Below, piece by piece: positions 28,966 to 37,199 of a stretch of DNA of 64,000 nucleotides. The position numbers and the translations under genes were made by a program. The DNA is from an uncultured bacterium. GTDB lineage: Bacteria > Patescibacteriota > Saccharimonadia > Saccharimonadales > Saccharimonadaceae. The DNA is taken from the NCBI GenBank assembly GCA_903899655.1, contig CAIUKF010000017.1:50586-114585 (forward strand). The letters run 5' to 3'. The notes beneath the pieces are model-generated. The model searched no databases. It had not been told where the DNA came from and worked only from the letters and a program-made list of their open reading frames with translations. The stretch's first letter is position 1, and each line of letters starts with the position of its first letter.

Positions 28966-29370
28966 ATGCACAGACATGGATATGTAGGACGCAAGTTTGG
29001 TCGCGAACGCGATCAACGACGCGCATTAATCAAAGGCCTAGCCACCAGTTTGGTGTTAAATGGCAAAATCGAAACTACTTTGCCTAAGGCTAAAGAATTA
29101 GTTCGTTATATTGAAAAACTCATCACAAAAGCTAAAAAAGGCGATTTGGCAAACCGACGCCGCGTTATTGCAGGGCTTAGCACCGAAGCTGCAGCTTACA
29201 AGCTGTTCGATGTTATTGCACCTCAACTAACCAAGCGCACCAGTGGTCACGTTCGTGTTGAACGAACCGAATTACGCGTTGGCGACGGTACTCAGATGGC
29301 AACAATTTCTTTTGTTGATGAAATTAACTCTACACCAGTAGAAACAAAGACAAAGGAGGTGAAAGCGTAA
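28966..29370 (+). CDS. rplQ: 50S ribosomal protein L17
   Basis: 134 aa, MHRHGYVGRKFGRERDQRRAL start. Confidence 0.95.
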   Translation: MHRHGYVGRKFGRERDQRRALIKGLATSLVLNGKIETTLPKAKELVRYIEKLITKAKKGDLANRRRVIAGLSTEAAAYKLFDVIAPQLTKRTSGHVRVERTELRVGDGTQMATISFVDEINSTPVETKTKEVKA

Positions 29371-29810
29371 TGGTTAATGCTAAAACGTATTCACAAAAAC
29401 CAACCGAAGTAACTCGTCGTTGGATTCTTATCGATGCTTCAACCGCACCTTTGGGTCGCGTTTCGACAGCAATCGCTAAATATTTAATTGGCAAATACAA
29501 ACCAACTTACACACCGCACACTGATGCTGGCGACTATGTAGTTGTTATCAATGCCAAGGATGTAGTTGTTACTGGCACCAAAGAAACTGACAAGATGTAT
29601 TATCATTACTCAGGCTTCCCAGGTGGTCTTAGCGAAGCAACTTTGGGCCAATTACGCCTAAAAGCCCCTGAAAAAATTATCGAAATCGCTGTCAAAGGTA
29701 TGATTCCTGTCAACAAACTAACCGCAGAGCGCATGAAGCGCCTACGCGTGTTTGCTGGTGATGCTCATACTCACACTGCGCAGACTCCAACGAAAGTAGA
29801 GGTTAAATAA
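29370..29810 (+). CDS. rplM: 50S ribosomal protein L13
   Basis: 146 aa with WILIDASTAPLGR motif. Confidence 0.95.
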   Translation: MVNAKTYSQKPTEVTRRWILIDASTAPLGRVSTAIAKYLIGKYKPTYTPHTDAGDYVVVINAKDVVVTGTKETDKMYYHYSGFPGGLSEATLGQLRLKAPEKIIEIAVKGMIPVNKLTAERMKRLRVFAGDAHTHTAQTPTKVEVK

Positions 29811-29812
29811 TT

Positions 29813-30211
29813 ATGGCTGAAGCTAAATATCTTTACGGTCTAGGACGACGCAAAAGTGCAACTGCACAAGTTCGTTTAACACCCGGTAAAGGCAAAATTA
29901 CGATCAATAACAAACCAGCTGCTGAGTACTTTAACGAAAACAAGTCTCAACTAGCTGAAATTACTGATCCACTAGCGCTAGTTAACAAGCAAAAAGATTT
30001 TGATGCTACAATTGTCGTCAAAGGCGGTGGTGTATCTGGTCAAGTTGATGCAATCAAACTAGCAATTGCTAAGGCAATTACAGTTGGATTCGCTGACCTT
30101 CGCACCGTTCTTAAAAAAGCTGAGTTCCTTAAACGTGACTCACGCGAAAAAGAACGCAAGAAATACGGCCTACGATCTGCTCGCAAACGCGAACAGTTCT
30201 CGAAACGCTAG
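29813..30211 (+). CDS. rpsI: 30S ribosomal protein S9
   Basis: 132 aa with the typical S9 C-terminus KKYGLRSARKREQFSKR. Confidence 0.96.
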   Translation: MAEAKYLYGLGRRKSATAQVRLTPGKGKITINNKPAAEYFNENKSQLAEITDPLALVNKQKDFDATIVVKGGGVSGQVDAIKLAIAKAITVGFADLRTVLKKAEFLKRDSREKERKKYGLRSARKREQFSKR

Positions 30212-30237
30212 GTTTTCTGCACAAATTATTACATTTA

Positions 30238-30262
30238 CCCCAGATTCATTTCTGGGGTTTTT
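30238..30262 (+). terminator. Terminator ending the ribosomal superoperon
   Basis: CCCCAGA-TTCATT-TCTGGGG hairpin followed by TTTTT. Confidence 0.7.
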
Positions 30263-30399
30263 GTCTGTGTATGATTATGTTTTTTAATTCATTTACTAAA
30301 TGCCGTAATGTGGTTACATTTCATTGCACTAATGTTATAATATAATAGTAATAATTTTGAAGAATTTATAAAGTACAAGGAATATGGTATAATAACAAT

Positions 30400-30639
30400 A
30401 TGAGCAGTATTCAACAAGATTATCAGTACTATATAAAACACCAACTCGAACTTGTCAAAAAATATGGTGGTAGATATATTGTAATTAAAGATAGTGAAGT
30501 TGTTGGTTCATACGACTCCGAAATAGAAGCCTATGAAGATGCTAAAAGTAAATACGTACTTGGAACGTTCATTATAAAACCATGCTTGCCTCAAAATGAA
30601 GAACCTAAAAATATACTAAACACTAGGGCGTATTTCTAA
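30400..30639 (+). CDS. Hypothetical small acidic protein (79 aa), partner of the downstream protease
   Basis: ORF ends 5 nt before the next start; no family recognised with confidence. Confidence 0.5.
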   Translation: MSSIQQDYQYYIKHQLELVKKYGGRYIVIKDSEVVGSYDSEIEAYEDAKSKYVLGTFIIKPCLPQNEEPKNILNTRAYF

Positions 30640-30644
30640 GTCAT

Positions 30645-31160
30645 ATGAATCGGATAGATGCGTTTACGGTTAAATATAATGCACTATCAAATGTAATAAA
30701 TAGCCAAGTTGGGGTTTGTGCGCCTTTTAGCCAAAACGACCCTGCGCCTGAAATTAACAAGCACGTTGCAATATGGGACACTGGCGCTAGCTGTACAGTA
30801 ATTACTCAAAAAGTTGTTGATGGACTAAATTTAAAACCTATCGATATTGTAATGGCTAGTTCGGCATCAGCGACTGAGCCGACAGAAGTATATTTGATTA
30901 ATTTATTATTGCCGAATAACATCATGATTCCTGGTTTGCGGGTCTTAAAAATGAACGTAGCAAATTCAGATGTATTAGTTGGTATGGACATCATAAACCT
31001 CGGTGACTTATCTGTTACGAATCACGAGGGTAAGACATGTATGTCCTTCCGACTTCCATCAATGCATGAAGTTGACTATGTCAAACGTATTGAAGAAAAC
31101 TTGAAAAAGAAAAGTAATCCAAAGACAAAAAAGCGCAGAAAAAAGAATAGACGAAAATAA
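30645..31160 (+). CDS. Retropepsin-like (clan AA) aspartic protease with a basic C-terminal tail
   Basis: 171 aa with the active-site context AIWDTGAS, a second motif VLVGMDIINL, and the tail KKKSNPKTKKRRKKNRRK. Confidence 0.65.
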   Translation: MNRIDAFTVKYNALSNVINSQVGVCAPFSQNDPAPEINKHVAIWDTGASCTVITQKVVDGLNLKPIDIVMASSASATEPTEVYLINLLLPNNIMIPGLRVLKMNVANSDVLVGMDIINLGDLSVTNHEGKTCMSFRLPSMHEVDYVKRIEENLKKKSNPKTKKRRKKNRRK

Positions 31161-31350
31161 TTATTTTATCGACTCTATGCTTACATTTTTAAGCATATAT
31201 AGTTTTTCATTTGTATTTTTAGGCTTCGCATACTAACATCTAACCTCGAAATATGTTATAATAAAGAAATGAGCATATTAAACACAAACAAACAATATAT
31301 CTAGTCTTTTTGTAACATACTAAACCTAACTGCTATAATAAAGGACATAT

Positions 31351-32388
31351 ATGACAAAACCTGTAATTTTAACTGGAATCCGAGCCAATAATGATTTAAC
31401 AATCGGTAATTATTTTGGTGCAATCTTGCCAATTATTGATATGGCCAAAAAGCGGTCAGCTGATTATCAAATTAATATGTTTATTCCTGATTTGCATAGC
31501 TTTACGACTCCAATCGACCACAGTAATTTGTATAATCAAATTATTCACAACGCTCGTTTGTTTGTCGCTGCTGGTTTGCCAATCGATAATGACAGTATTT
31601 ATTTGTACCGCCAAAGTTACATCCCAGCTCACAGTGAGATGACTTGGATTTTGGATTGTTTTACTGGTTTTGGCGAGATGAGCCGTATGACTCAATTCAA
31701 AGACAAATCAGGTACGGTCGGTGACGACCGCACAAGTGTTGGTTTGTTTAACTATCCAGTTTTAATGGCTGCCGACATTTTGCTATACAACGCTCAATAC
31801 GTACCAGTTGGTGAAGACCAAAGTCAACATTTGGAATTTACGCGTGACATTGGTGAGCGCATGAATAGTCGTTTTGGCGATATTTTTACCATTCCTGATG
31901 CTGTTAAGGCTCAACACGAATTCTTTGGCAATGACCAAGGTTTGCGCATCAAAGATTTAATTGATCCAACTAAAAAGATGAGCAAAAGTGACGAATCTGG
32001 TCGTGGTGTCATTTTCCTTAGCGATAAACCTGCTGACGCCGCTAAAAAGGTAATGGGTGCCACAACCGACAATTTGGCGTCAATTCATTTTGACCGAGTT
32101 AACCAACCAGGTATCAGCAACTTGCTGGAAATTTTGGCATTACTACGTGGCGTATCACGCGACAGCGTTGTGGCTGAATTTGAAGGCCAAGCTAAATATG
32201 GTGAATTTAAATCAATCGTTGCTGGTGAAGTTGAAAAGTTTTTGACAGACTTTCAATCACGTTTGGCGCAGGTTGATGACAGCGCCGTTCTAGCTAAACT
32301 TGAACAATCCGAACGTGACCTGATGCCGATTGCTAATGCAACACTACTGAGGGCTCAGCAGGCCGTCGGTCTAAGGCCCAAGGCTTAA
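31351..32388 (+). CDS. trpS: Tryptophan--tRNA ligase
   Basis: 345 aa with a HIGH-like TIGNYFGA segment, KMSKS, and a GEDQSQHLEFTRD motif. Confidence 0.92.
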   Translation: MTKPVILTGIRANNDLTIGNYFGAILPIIDMAKKRSADYQINMFIPDLHSFTTPIDHSNLYNQIIHNARLFVAAGLPIDNDSIYLYRQSYIPAHSEMTWILDCFTGFGEMSRMTQFKDKSGTVGDDRTSVGLFNYPVLMAADILLYNAQYVPVGEDQSQHLEFTRDIGERMNSRFGDIFTIPDAVKAQHEFFGNDQGLRIKDLIDPTKKMSKSDESGRGVIFLSDKPADAAKKVMGATTDNLASIHFDRVNQPGISNLLEILALLRGVSRDSVVAEFEGQAKYGEFKSIVAGEVEKFLTDFQSRLAQVDDSAVLAKLEQSERDLMPIANATLLRAQQAVGLRPKA

Positions 32389-32390
32389 TC

Positions 32391-33557
32391 GTGGTAAAAG
32401 TATCAAGTCGCGATATTCTGGACGTCCTGCGCCGCTTTGAATTGGCTAACGATGACAACGTGCCTCGCAATGTCGAATCTGTTAAAATGTCACATCCTAA
32501 CCCAATCAATACTTTGGCAGCATTTAGATTTAACAAAAATGCTTTCTTTATATTATTCGACGATACCGCCGAAGATGACATTGAATACGTTGTCAAGCAA
32601 ATCAAAGTAAAAAAACCAAATCTGAATGGTGAATTGTTAAAAAACCCAACCGACAGCGAGACGACCTATGCCATTCCTTTCCATGGCAAAGATTGTTATT
32701 TATACTCTGTTATTTCTGAAAAAAAGCGCCTCGACAGCGAACTAGCTAAACGTTATCCAGATACGTCGCGCAGCACCTGGCAAAAACACATCAAAGCCGG
32801 CCACGTTAGCGTTAACAGTGTGGTTACAACATCAACCAAACATGATGTTACCGATGTTGATGATATTGCCATTACGATGCCCGATGCGCCTGATTTTAGT
32901 GCCAACGAACTGCCAATCATCTATATTGACGACAACGTGATTGTAATTGATAAACCATCTGGTATTTTGTCACACGCCAAAGGTGCCTTAAACGAAGAAT
33001 TTACAGTGGCTGAGTTTTTCCGCCGCTATTCTACCTACAACAGCGATACAAATCGTCCAGGTATTATTCACCGTTTAGACCGAGATACCAGTGGTATTAT
33101 GATTGGTGCCCGCAATGCTGATACAGCAACTATGCTGCAAAAGCAATTTGCTGATCGCAAAACTAAAAAGACTTATTATGCGATTGTTGAAGGCATGCCT
33201 AAGTTAGACAAAGCCAACATCGATTTACCAATCGGCCGCAATCCATCAGCACCCAGCACTTTCCGCGTCGACAGCAAAGGTAAATCAGCTATTACTCGAT
33301 ATGAAGTCATTGCATCTGATAAAAAGTATTCATTAGTTAAATTGCAGCCTCAAACCGGCCGCACCCACCAATTACGTGTTCATATGACATATTTAAATAC
33401 ACCAATTTTGGGTGATAAAGTTTACGGAAAACCTTCAAAACGATTGTATTTACACGCCAAAATTCTGGAAATCACAATTCCTGTCAGCAGCCGTCGTACT
33501 TTCGATTCACCAGTCCCGTCAGATTTAACTGATTTCTTTCCTGATGTAAAACTATGA
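32391..33557 (+). CDS. RluA/RluD-family pseudouridine synthase with an ~100-aa N-terminal extension
   Basis: GTG start; S4-like segment, HRLDRDTSG catalytic motif, and GRTHQLRVH. Confidence 0.85.
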   Translation: MVKVSSRDILDVLRRFELANDDNVPRNVESVKMSHPNPINTLAAFRFNKNAFFILFDDTAEDDIEYVVKQIKVKKPNLNGELLKNPTDSETTYAIPFHGKDCYLYSVISEKKRLDSELAKRYPDTSRSTWQKHIKAGHVSVNSVVTTSTKHDVTDVDDIAITMPDAPDFSANELPIIYIDDNVIVIDKPSGILSHAKGALNEEFTVAEFFRRYSTYNSDTNRPGIIHRLDRDTSGIMIGARNADTATMLQKQFADRKTKKTYYAIVEGMPKLDKANIDLPIGRNPSAPSTFRVDSKGKSAITRYEVIASDKKYSLVKLQPQTGRTHQLRVHMTYLNTPILGDKVYGKPSKRLYLHAKILEITIPVSSRRTFDSPVPSDLTDFFPDVKL

Positions 33558-33659
33558 TTCCCGTTAGAACTCTGCAATATAATTTCTCAAATTTAATACT
33601 GGTGCGAATAAATCGAAAGATTATTAGAACCTATAAAATAAATAAGGAGTTCTAACGGG
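33557..33659 (+). promoter_or_regulatory. 14-bp perfect inverted repeat bracketing the rluD-holB intergenic region
   Basis: TCCCGTTAGAACTC (33557-33570) and GAGTTCTAACGGGA (33646-33659). The right arm overlaps the holB Shine-Dalgarno (AAGGAG) and abuts the ATG. Confidence 0.5.
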
Positions 33660-34490
33660 ATGATTAGACCTATCATCAATCCAACCAGCCAAATTAAACT
33701 TTTGGCTGTGACAAAACACCTGCCACAATCTTTGCTGTTGACTGGCGAACCTGGTGTTGGACTTAGTACAATCAGCCTGTATATTGCCGAACTTGTCGGT
33801 GTTAATCCTGTAATTATTTTGCCTGAAAAAGATGAAAAGATTGATATCGAAAAGGGAATTATCAGCGTCGATATTATGCGTCGTTTGTATAACGACACGC
33901 GCACCAAAACAACGGGTGATAGAGTAATTATCATTGATTATGCCGAACGCATGACACACCAAGCCCAAAACGCTTTTTTGAAATTACTCGAAGAGCCTGG
34001 CGTCGGCGTTCATTTTATTATCGTGGCACAATCAGTTAATAAATTATTGCCAACAATTTTGTCACGCGTTGAAGTGCTGGATATTAAAAATATATTGACC
34101 AGACAGTCCGAACAATTGTTAGATATATTGAATGTTACAGACACAACAAAACGTTCACAATTGATATTCATGGCCGATGGTAGACCGGCAGAACTGACTC
34201 GTTTAAGTCAAAATAATGAATATTTCGACAAACGTAGCACCACTGTCCGCGATGCTCGTGAATTGCTACGCGGCAGTATATATCAAAAACTATTAATTGC
34301 CCACAAATACAAAGACGATCGCGCCAATGCCTTGGTATTGCTGACCGATATGTCGAATATATTAAAACGCACAATTATTGCTAATCCACAGGTTGATAAT
34401 TTGAATAAAATTGATGATATTTTGAACGCTTATCAGCAAATCGAAGCCAACGGTAATATCAGGCTGTGCCTAGCACGAATGATTCTTTAG
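33660..34490 (+). CDS. holB: DNA polymerase III delta-prime subunit-like protein
   Basis: 276 aa with LLTGEPGVGLST, AQNAFLKLLEEP and PTILSR motifs. Confidence 0.75.
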   Translation: MIRPIINPTSQIKLLAVTKHLPQSLLLTGEPGVGLSTISLYIAELVGVNPVIILPEKDEKIDIEKGIISVDIMRRLYNDTRTKTTGDRVIIIDYAERMTHQAQNAFLKLLEEPGVGVHFIIVAQSVNKLLPTILSRVEVLDIKNILTRQSEQLLDILNVTDTTKRSQLIFMADGRPAELTRLSQNNEYFDKRSTTVRDARELLRGSIYQKLLIAHKYKDDRANALVLLTDMSNILKRTIIANPQVDNLNKIDDILNAYQQIEANGNIRLCLARMIL

Positions 34491-34526
34491 CCGAACGCAA
34501 GAAATCTGTTATAATAAATACCAGAT

Positions 34527-35177
34527 ATGTTTGGACTATTATTAATTGTACTGCTGGGGGTTTGGGCGATATATCAACGCCAAACCATTACCGAAGCTAC
34601 GGCTGATTTACCAGCTAAACTAGCCGAAAAGTTGGATCAATTATGGACAATTGCGCAGGAATCACTAGTAACAAATAAGTATTTACGTGCTGAAAAGGCC
34701 TTACTGACCATCTTGCGTGTTGATGAACGTAATGCCAGTGCCTACAATCGTTTAGGTATTTTATATGCCAAACAACGGTCACTTAGCGACGCGATTGAAT
34801 GTTTCGAGATTGCTCAATCACTTGAACCAAGTGCCAGCAGCCTGCATAACGTTGGATTGATTTATTTTGAAACTCAAAATTATGACAAAGCCGCCTTGGC
34901 ATTTGAGCAAGCCTTGGCAATTGATGGTGATTTGGCCTCACGACACATTGCCTATGCTAAAGTTCAAGAAAAGCTAGGTCATGATGAAAAGATGATAAAA
35001 TCGCTGGAAAGGGCAGTCGAATTAGACCCAATCCCTCAAACACTGAATATTTTGGCTGATGCTTATGAGCGCACCGGATCAGCCGAACTAGCTCTTAGCT
35101 TACGCGAAAAAGCTGCCAAAATGATTATTCCTCAAGGTCAACCACGACGTATTCGTCAGCCTCGACGGGTGATGTAA
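34527..35177 (+). CDS. TPR-repeat protein with an N-terminal membrane anchor
   Basis: 216 aa with several 34-aa TPR-like units (AYNRLGILYAKQ, HNVGLIYFETQNYDKA). Confidence 0.7.
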   Translation: MFGLLLIVLLGVWAIYQRQTITEATADLPAKLAEKLDQLWTIAQESLVTNKYLRAEKALLTILRVDERNASAYNRLGILYAKQRSLSDAIECFEIAQSLEPSASSLHNVGLIYFETQNYDKAALAFEQALAIDGDLASRHIAYAKVQEKLGHDEKMIKSLERAVELDPIPQTLNILADAYERTGSAELALSLREKAAKMIIPQGQPRRIRQPRRVM

Positions 35178-35182
35178 TTTGG

Positions 35183-35443
35183 TTTAGAGAAGGACATCGC
35201 CTCGCTATGCTCGTCTCCTCCGTTTGCTTATTAAAATATGTAAAAATATGATTAGTTATGAGAAGAACATCGGCTAAAGCCTCCTCCGCTCATTTGCGAA
35301 AAAATGTAAACACTTTTTCGGCTTCAATCGCTACGCCGACCTTCGGAGTATTTTATTGTTAAAACAATAAAACTCCGAAGGTTCGAGATCCACCGTCAGG
35401 TCTAAATTAAAATATCCCATCACAAGGATGGAATATTTTAATT
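35183..35443. repeat. Cluster of tRNA-Tyr-derived fragments and long hairpins
   Basis: TTAGAGAAGGACATCGCCTCG (35184) and GAGAAGAACATCGGCT (35260) resemble the tRNA-Tyr 3' end. CCTTCGGAG/CTCCGAAGG forms a 19-bp hairpin at 35340-35382. CTCCGAAGGTTCGAGATCC (35373-35391) is an inverted copy of the tRNA-Tyr variable/T arm. Confidence 0.55.
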
Positions 35444-35528
35444 TGGTGCTGAGAGAAGGACTCGAACCTTCGGAGCCAAAAGGCGGGAGATTTACAGTCT
35501 CCTGTGATTGCCACTACACGATCTCAGC
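35444..35528 (-). tRNA. tRNA-Tyr (GTA)
   Basis: 85 nt. Perfect 7-bp acceptor GCTGAGA/TCTCAGC, anticodon loop CTGTAAA, long variable arm, T arm GAAGG-TTCGAGT-CCTTC, encoded CCA. Confidence 0.92.
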
Positions 35529-35532
35529 GAAT

Positions 35533-35607
35533 TGGAGCCGACTCTCGGGATTGAACCGAGGACCTTCACTTTACAAAAGTGTTGCTCTACCACTGAGCTA
35601 AGTCGGC
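35533..35607 (-). tRNA. tRNA-Thr (TGT)
   Basis: 75 nt. Acceptor GCCGACT/AGTCGGC, anticodon loop TTTGTAA, T arm CTCGG-TTCAATC-CCGAG, encoded CCA. Confidence 0.88.
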
Positions 35608-35609
35608 AC

Positions 35610-36023
35610 TTATACTATTTTAACATATTTTTCTCTACGCCAAAGCCTTCCGTGTCCTTTATTTAGATTTTTATAGTTTTTTGTTAAAGAATGGCAGTTT
35701 GGACATAGCAGTATTAGGTTTTCCTCACTATTATTCTCGGAGTTACCGTCGATGTGATCTACTTCTAGCATTATATTATTAGTATATGGGCTTACTCTAT
35801 TCCAATCACATATCGCGCATTTACTATTATATTTATCAAAAACGTATCTAATAACATTCTTAGAAAGACTTTTTGTAGATATACCTCTAGCCCCATCTTC
35901 TTTACCTAATTTCCACCTTGCGATGTAAATAGAATATATATGATTCCTCTGACATTTATTAGAGCAGTACTTAACCGAATGTCTTTTAGATAGTTGATTG
36001 CTACATTCTAAGCATATTTTCAT
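35610..36023 (-). CDS. HNH endonuclease with an N-terminal zinc ribbon
   Basis: 137 aa with CLECSNQL...YCSNKCQ and EVDHIDGNSENNSEENLILLCPNCH. The stop lies 3 nt from the tRNA-Thr 5' end on the same strand. Confidence 0.8.
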   Translation of the reverse strand: MKICLECSNQLSKRHSVKYCSNKCQRNHIYSIYIARWKLGKEDGARGISTKSLSKNVIRYVFDKYNSKCAICDWNRVSPYTNNIMLEVDHIDGNSENNSEENLILLCPNCHSLTKNYKNLNKGHGRLWRREKYVKIV

Positions 36024-36114
36024 ATATTTATCATACTACAAATCAAACAATAAGTCCTAATACTCAAATATTTGGTTTTGGGGCTGTTTTTTGTTACAAT
36101 TATTCAGTAATTAT

Positions 36115-36190
36115 GCCGCGATAGCTCAGCCGGTAGAGCGCAAACTCGGTAAGTTTGAGGTCTCGGGTTCGATTCCCGATCGTGGCTCCA
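36115..36190 (+). tRNA. tRNA-Thr (GGT) with C at position 33
   Basis: 76 nt. Acceptor GCCGCGA/TCGTGGC, anticodon stem CAAAC/GTTTG, loop TCGGTAA, T arm TCGGG-TTCGATT-CCCGA, encoded CCA. Confidence 0.88.
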
Positions 36191-36201
36191 TTTGTAATTC
36201 A

Positions 36202-36225
36202 ACCGCCTAATCTGGGCGGTTTTTG
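36202..36225 (+). terminator. Terminator after tRNA-Thr(GGT)
   Basis: ACCGCC-TAATCTG-GGCGGT hairpin followed by TTTT. Confidence 0.7.
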
Positions 36226-36238
36226 TTATAATAAACAT

Positions 36239-36733
36239 ATGGCAACATTTAGTTTTGACACCGTATCCGAATATAACAAAGCCGAGATGAACAACGTCTT
36301 TGCTATGACCGAAAAAGAAATCAGCAATCGCTATGACTTTAAAGGCACACCAGCTCAGATTGATTGGCTAGACGACAAAGATGGCTTTAAAATCATTGGC
36401 GCCAACGAATGGCAAATCGACAGCATTATTGATATTATCCGTAAAAAGTTAGCCTCGCGCGAACAAAGCAGTAAAACCCTCGATTTAACCGGTGAAGTCG
36501 TCGTCAGCAACATGAAAGCAACTAAAAAAGCACCATTCATTGCCAAACTTGACCAAGACAAAGCTAAACAAATTACCAAATTATTGCACGACCAAGCTCC
36601 CAAAGTTAAAACCCAAATCCAAGGCGACACCGTTCGCGTCACCAGTGGCAGCAAAGACGACCTACAATTCGCTATGCAACTGATTCGGGCCCAAGACTTC
36701 GACTTTCCGGTCACTTTCAATAACTTCCGTTAG
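36239..36733 (+). CDS. yajQ: YajQ family nucleotide-binding protein (UPF0234)
   Basis: The ATG at 36239 (MATFSFDTVSEYNKAEMNN) lies after the tRNA and its terminator; the sequence ends FPVTFNNFR as YajQ does. The ORF-track start at 36155 overlaps the tRNA. Confidence 0.88.
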   Translation: MATFSFDTVSEYNKAEMNNVFAMTEKEISNRYDFKGTPAQIDWLDDKDGFKIIGANEWQIDSIIDIIRKKLASREQSSKTLDLTGEVVVSNMKATKKAPFIAKLDQDKAKQITKLLHDQAPKVKTQIQGDTVRVTSGSKDDLQFAMQLIRAQDFDFPVTFNNFR

Positions 36734-36832
36734 CCTCTTGTGATAATCACCATATTTTGGTATAATTACCTCTAATAATGTATATGCACCCGCGATTTAG
36801 ATAATAAATGCGGAATAAAAGGATATTTAATA

Positions 36833-37039
36833 ATGGCAAAAAAGAACACCAAGCGTAAATTAGTCGGTCTAGTAAGCAGCCTCAGCGGCCACCGTACATA
36901 CTACACCAGCAAAAACACTCAAAACACTTCAGACAAATTAGTCTTGAAAAAGTTTGACCCAATTGCACGCGAACATGCAACTTACACTGAAACCAAGGGC
37001 AACCTAGGTCGCAACGAAGTCAAAGAACGCAAGGGATAG
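36833..37039 (+). CDS. rpmG: 50S ribosomal protein L33, cysteine-free (C-) form
   Basis: 68 aa; KLVGLVSSLSGHRTYYTSKNTQNTSDKLVLKKFDPIAREHATYTETK parallels E. coli L33. Confidence 0.88.
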   Translation: MAKKNTKRKLVGLVSSLSGHRTYYTSKNTQNTSDKLVLKKFDPIAREHATYTETKGNLGRNEVKERKG

Positions 37040-37043
37040 GGTT

Positions 37044-37197
37044 TGGCTATTAGCTATTGGAATATGGCTATTGGCAAATAATAATACAAAATATAAAACT
37101 CCGGGTTATCCGGAGTTTTTTGATATTGCCAGATTACAATAGCCGACTGCTAACTTTATGCCAATAGCCATATTCCATATTCTATATTCCAATAGCT
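37044..37197. repeat. GGAATATGGCTATTGG repeat family, inverted pair around a bidirectional terminator (site 4)
   Basis: GGCTATTAGCTATTGGAATATGGCTATTGGC (37044-37076) and GCCAATAGCCATATTCCATATTCTATATTCCAATAGC (37159-37197) flank the hairpin AAAACTCCGG-GTTAT-CCGGAGTTTT (37096-37121). Confidence 0.8.
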
Positions 37198-37199
37198 AA

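Noticed and set aside
36155-36238. N-terminal extension of yajQ given by the ORF track
   Set aside because: The extension overlaps tRNA-Thr(GGT) and its terminator. The ATG at 36239 gives a canonical YajQ N-terminus.
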